The notes beneath the pieces are model-generated. The model was given only the letters and a program-made list of their open reading frames with translations. It searched no databases and was not told where the DNA came from. Made by a program: the position numbers and the translations under genes. Below are positions 63,520-64,000 of a DNA stretch of 64,000 nucleotides, piece after piece (the stretch's first letter is position 1; each line of letters opens with the position of its first letter). The DNA is from Hemiscyllium ocellatum (lineage: Eukaryota). Where the stretch lies: contig NC_083409.1 of the NCBI RefSeq assembly GCF_020745735.1, positions 13,577,259 through 13,641,258 of the forward strand. The letters are read 5' to 3'.

Positions 63520-63707
63520 NNNNNNNNNNNNNNNNNNNNNNNNNNNNNNNNNNNNNNNNNNNNNNNNNNNNNNNNNNNNNNNNNNNNNNNNNNNNNNNNN
63601 NNNNNNNNNNNNNNNNNNNNNNNNNNNNNNNNNNNNNNNNNNNNNNNNNNNNNNNNNNNNNNNNNNNNNNNNNNNNNNNNNNNNNNNNNNNNNNNNNNNN
63701 NNNNNNN
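63520..63707. other. Assembly gap (188 N) within a minus-strand CR1 fragment
   Basis: Run of N; both flanks are CR1 RT sequence. Confidence 0.98.
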
Positions 63708-63899
63708 TGCACCCTGAGGTCACTTTGTTGAGCAACACCCCACAGGGCCCCACCATTAACAGTATAACTCCTGCCCTGGTTTGATTTTCCAAAATGCAAC
63801 ATCTCACATTTATCTAAATTGAACTCCATTTGTCACACGTTTAGATCAGAGCGGTGCTGGAAAAGCACAGCAGGTCAGGCAACATCCAAAGAGCAGGAA

Positions 63900-63935
63900 A
63901 ATCGACATTTCGGGCAAAAGCCCTTCATCAGGATT
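63900..63935 (-). ncRNA. Minimal type I hammerhead ribozyme motif in palindromic PLE pseudo-LTR pair (63845-64000)
   Basis: aatc-CTGATGA-a-gggc(tttt)gccc-GAAAT-GTC-gatt; helix I aatc/gatt covaries with attc/gaat of other copies. Confidence 0.72.
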
Positions 63936-64000
63936 CCTCTAGCCGAAACATCAATTTTTCTGCTCCTCGGATGCTGCCTGACATGCTGTGCTTTTCCAGC

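Overview
Eukaryotic genomic DNA from a cartilaginous fish. The repeat families and light-chain sequences point to a carpet shark (Orectolobiformes), but the species cannot be fixed from sequence alone. The window holds two immunoglobulin kappa-type (shark type III / NS4-like) light-chain clusters facing away from each other. Cluster 1 (minus strand) has promoter, leader (25061-25013), a V already fused to J with no RSS left (24826-24498), a ~9.9-kb intron and an intact C exon (14582-14254). Its VJ junction is out of frame with a TAA at the join and reads as an untrimmed V end + P-nucleotide(s) + trimmed J, i.e. a RAG coding joint present in genomic DNA. Cluster 2 (plus strand) is unrearranged and looks functional: leader 60463-60511, V 60698-60994, consensus 12-RSS, consensus 23-RSS and J 61500-61534; its C exon lies beyond the window. 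Flanks of the two clusters are homologous as an inverted duplication that includes a distal block with an Ets-IRF composite site. A duplicated unit with NF-kB-like sites lies just 3' of C. Almost everything else is transposon debris: many CR1 LINEs, HE1-type tRNA SINEs, L2 and DeuSINE-like relics, Penelope-like elements carrying minimal hammerhead ribozyme motifs, and a decayed Gmr1-type Gypsy element. There is one 188-N assembly gap. No rRNA, tRNA gene or CRISPR array is supported. TE boundaries are approximate (by eye).
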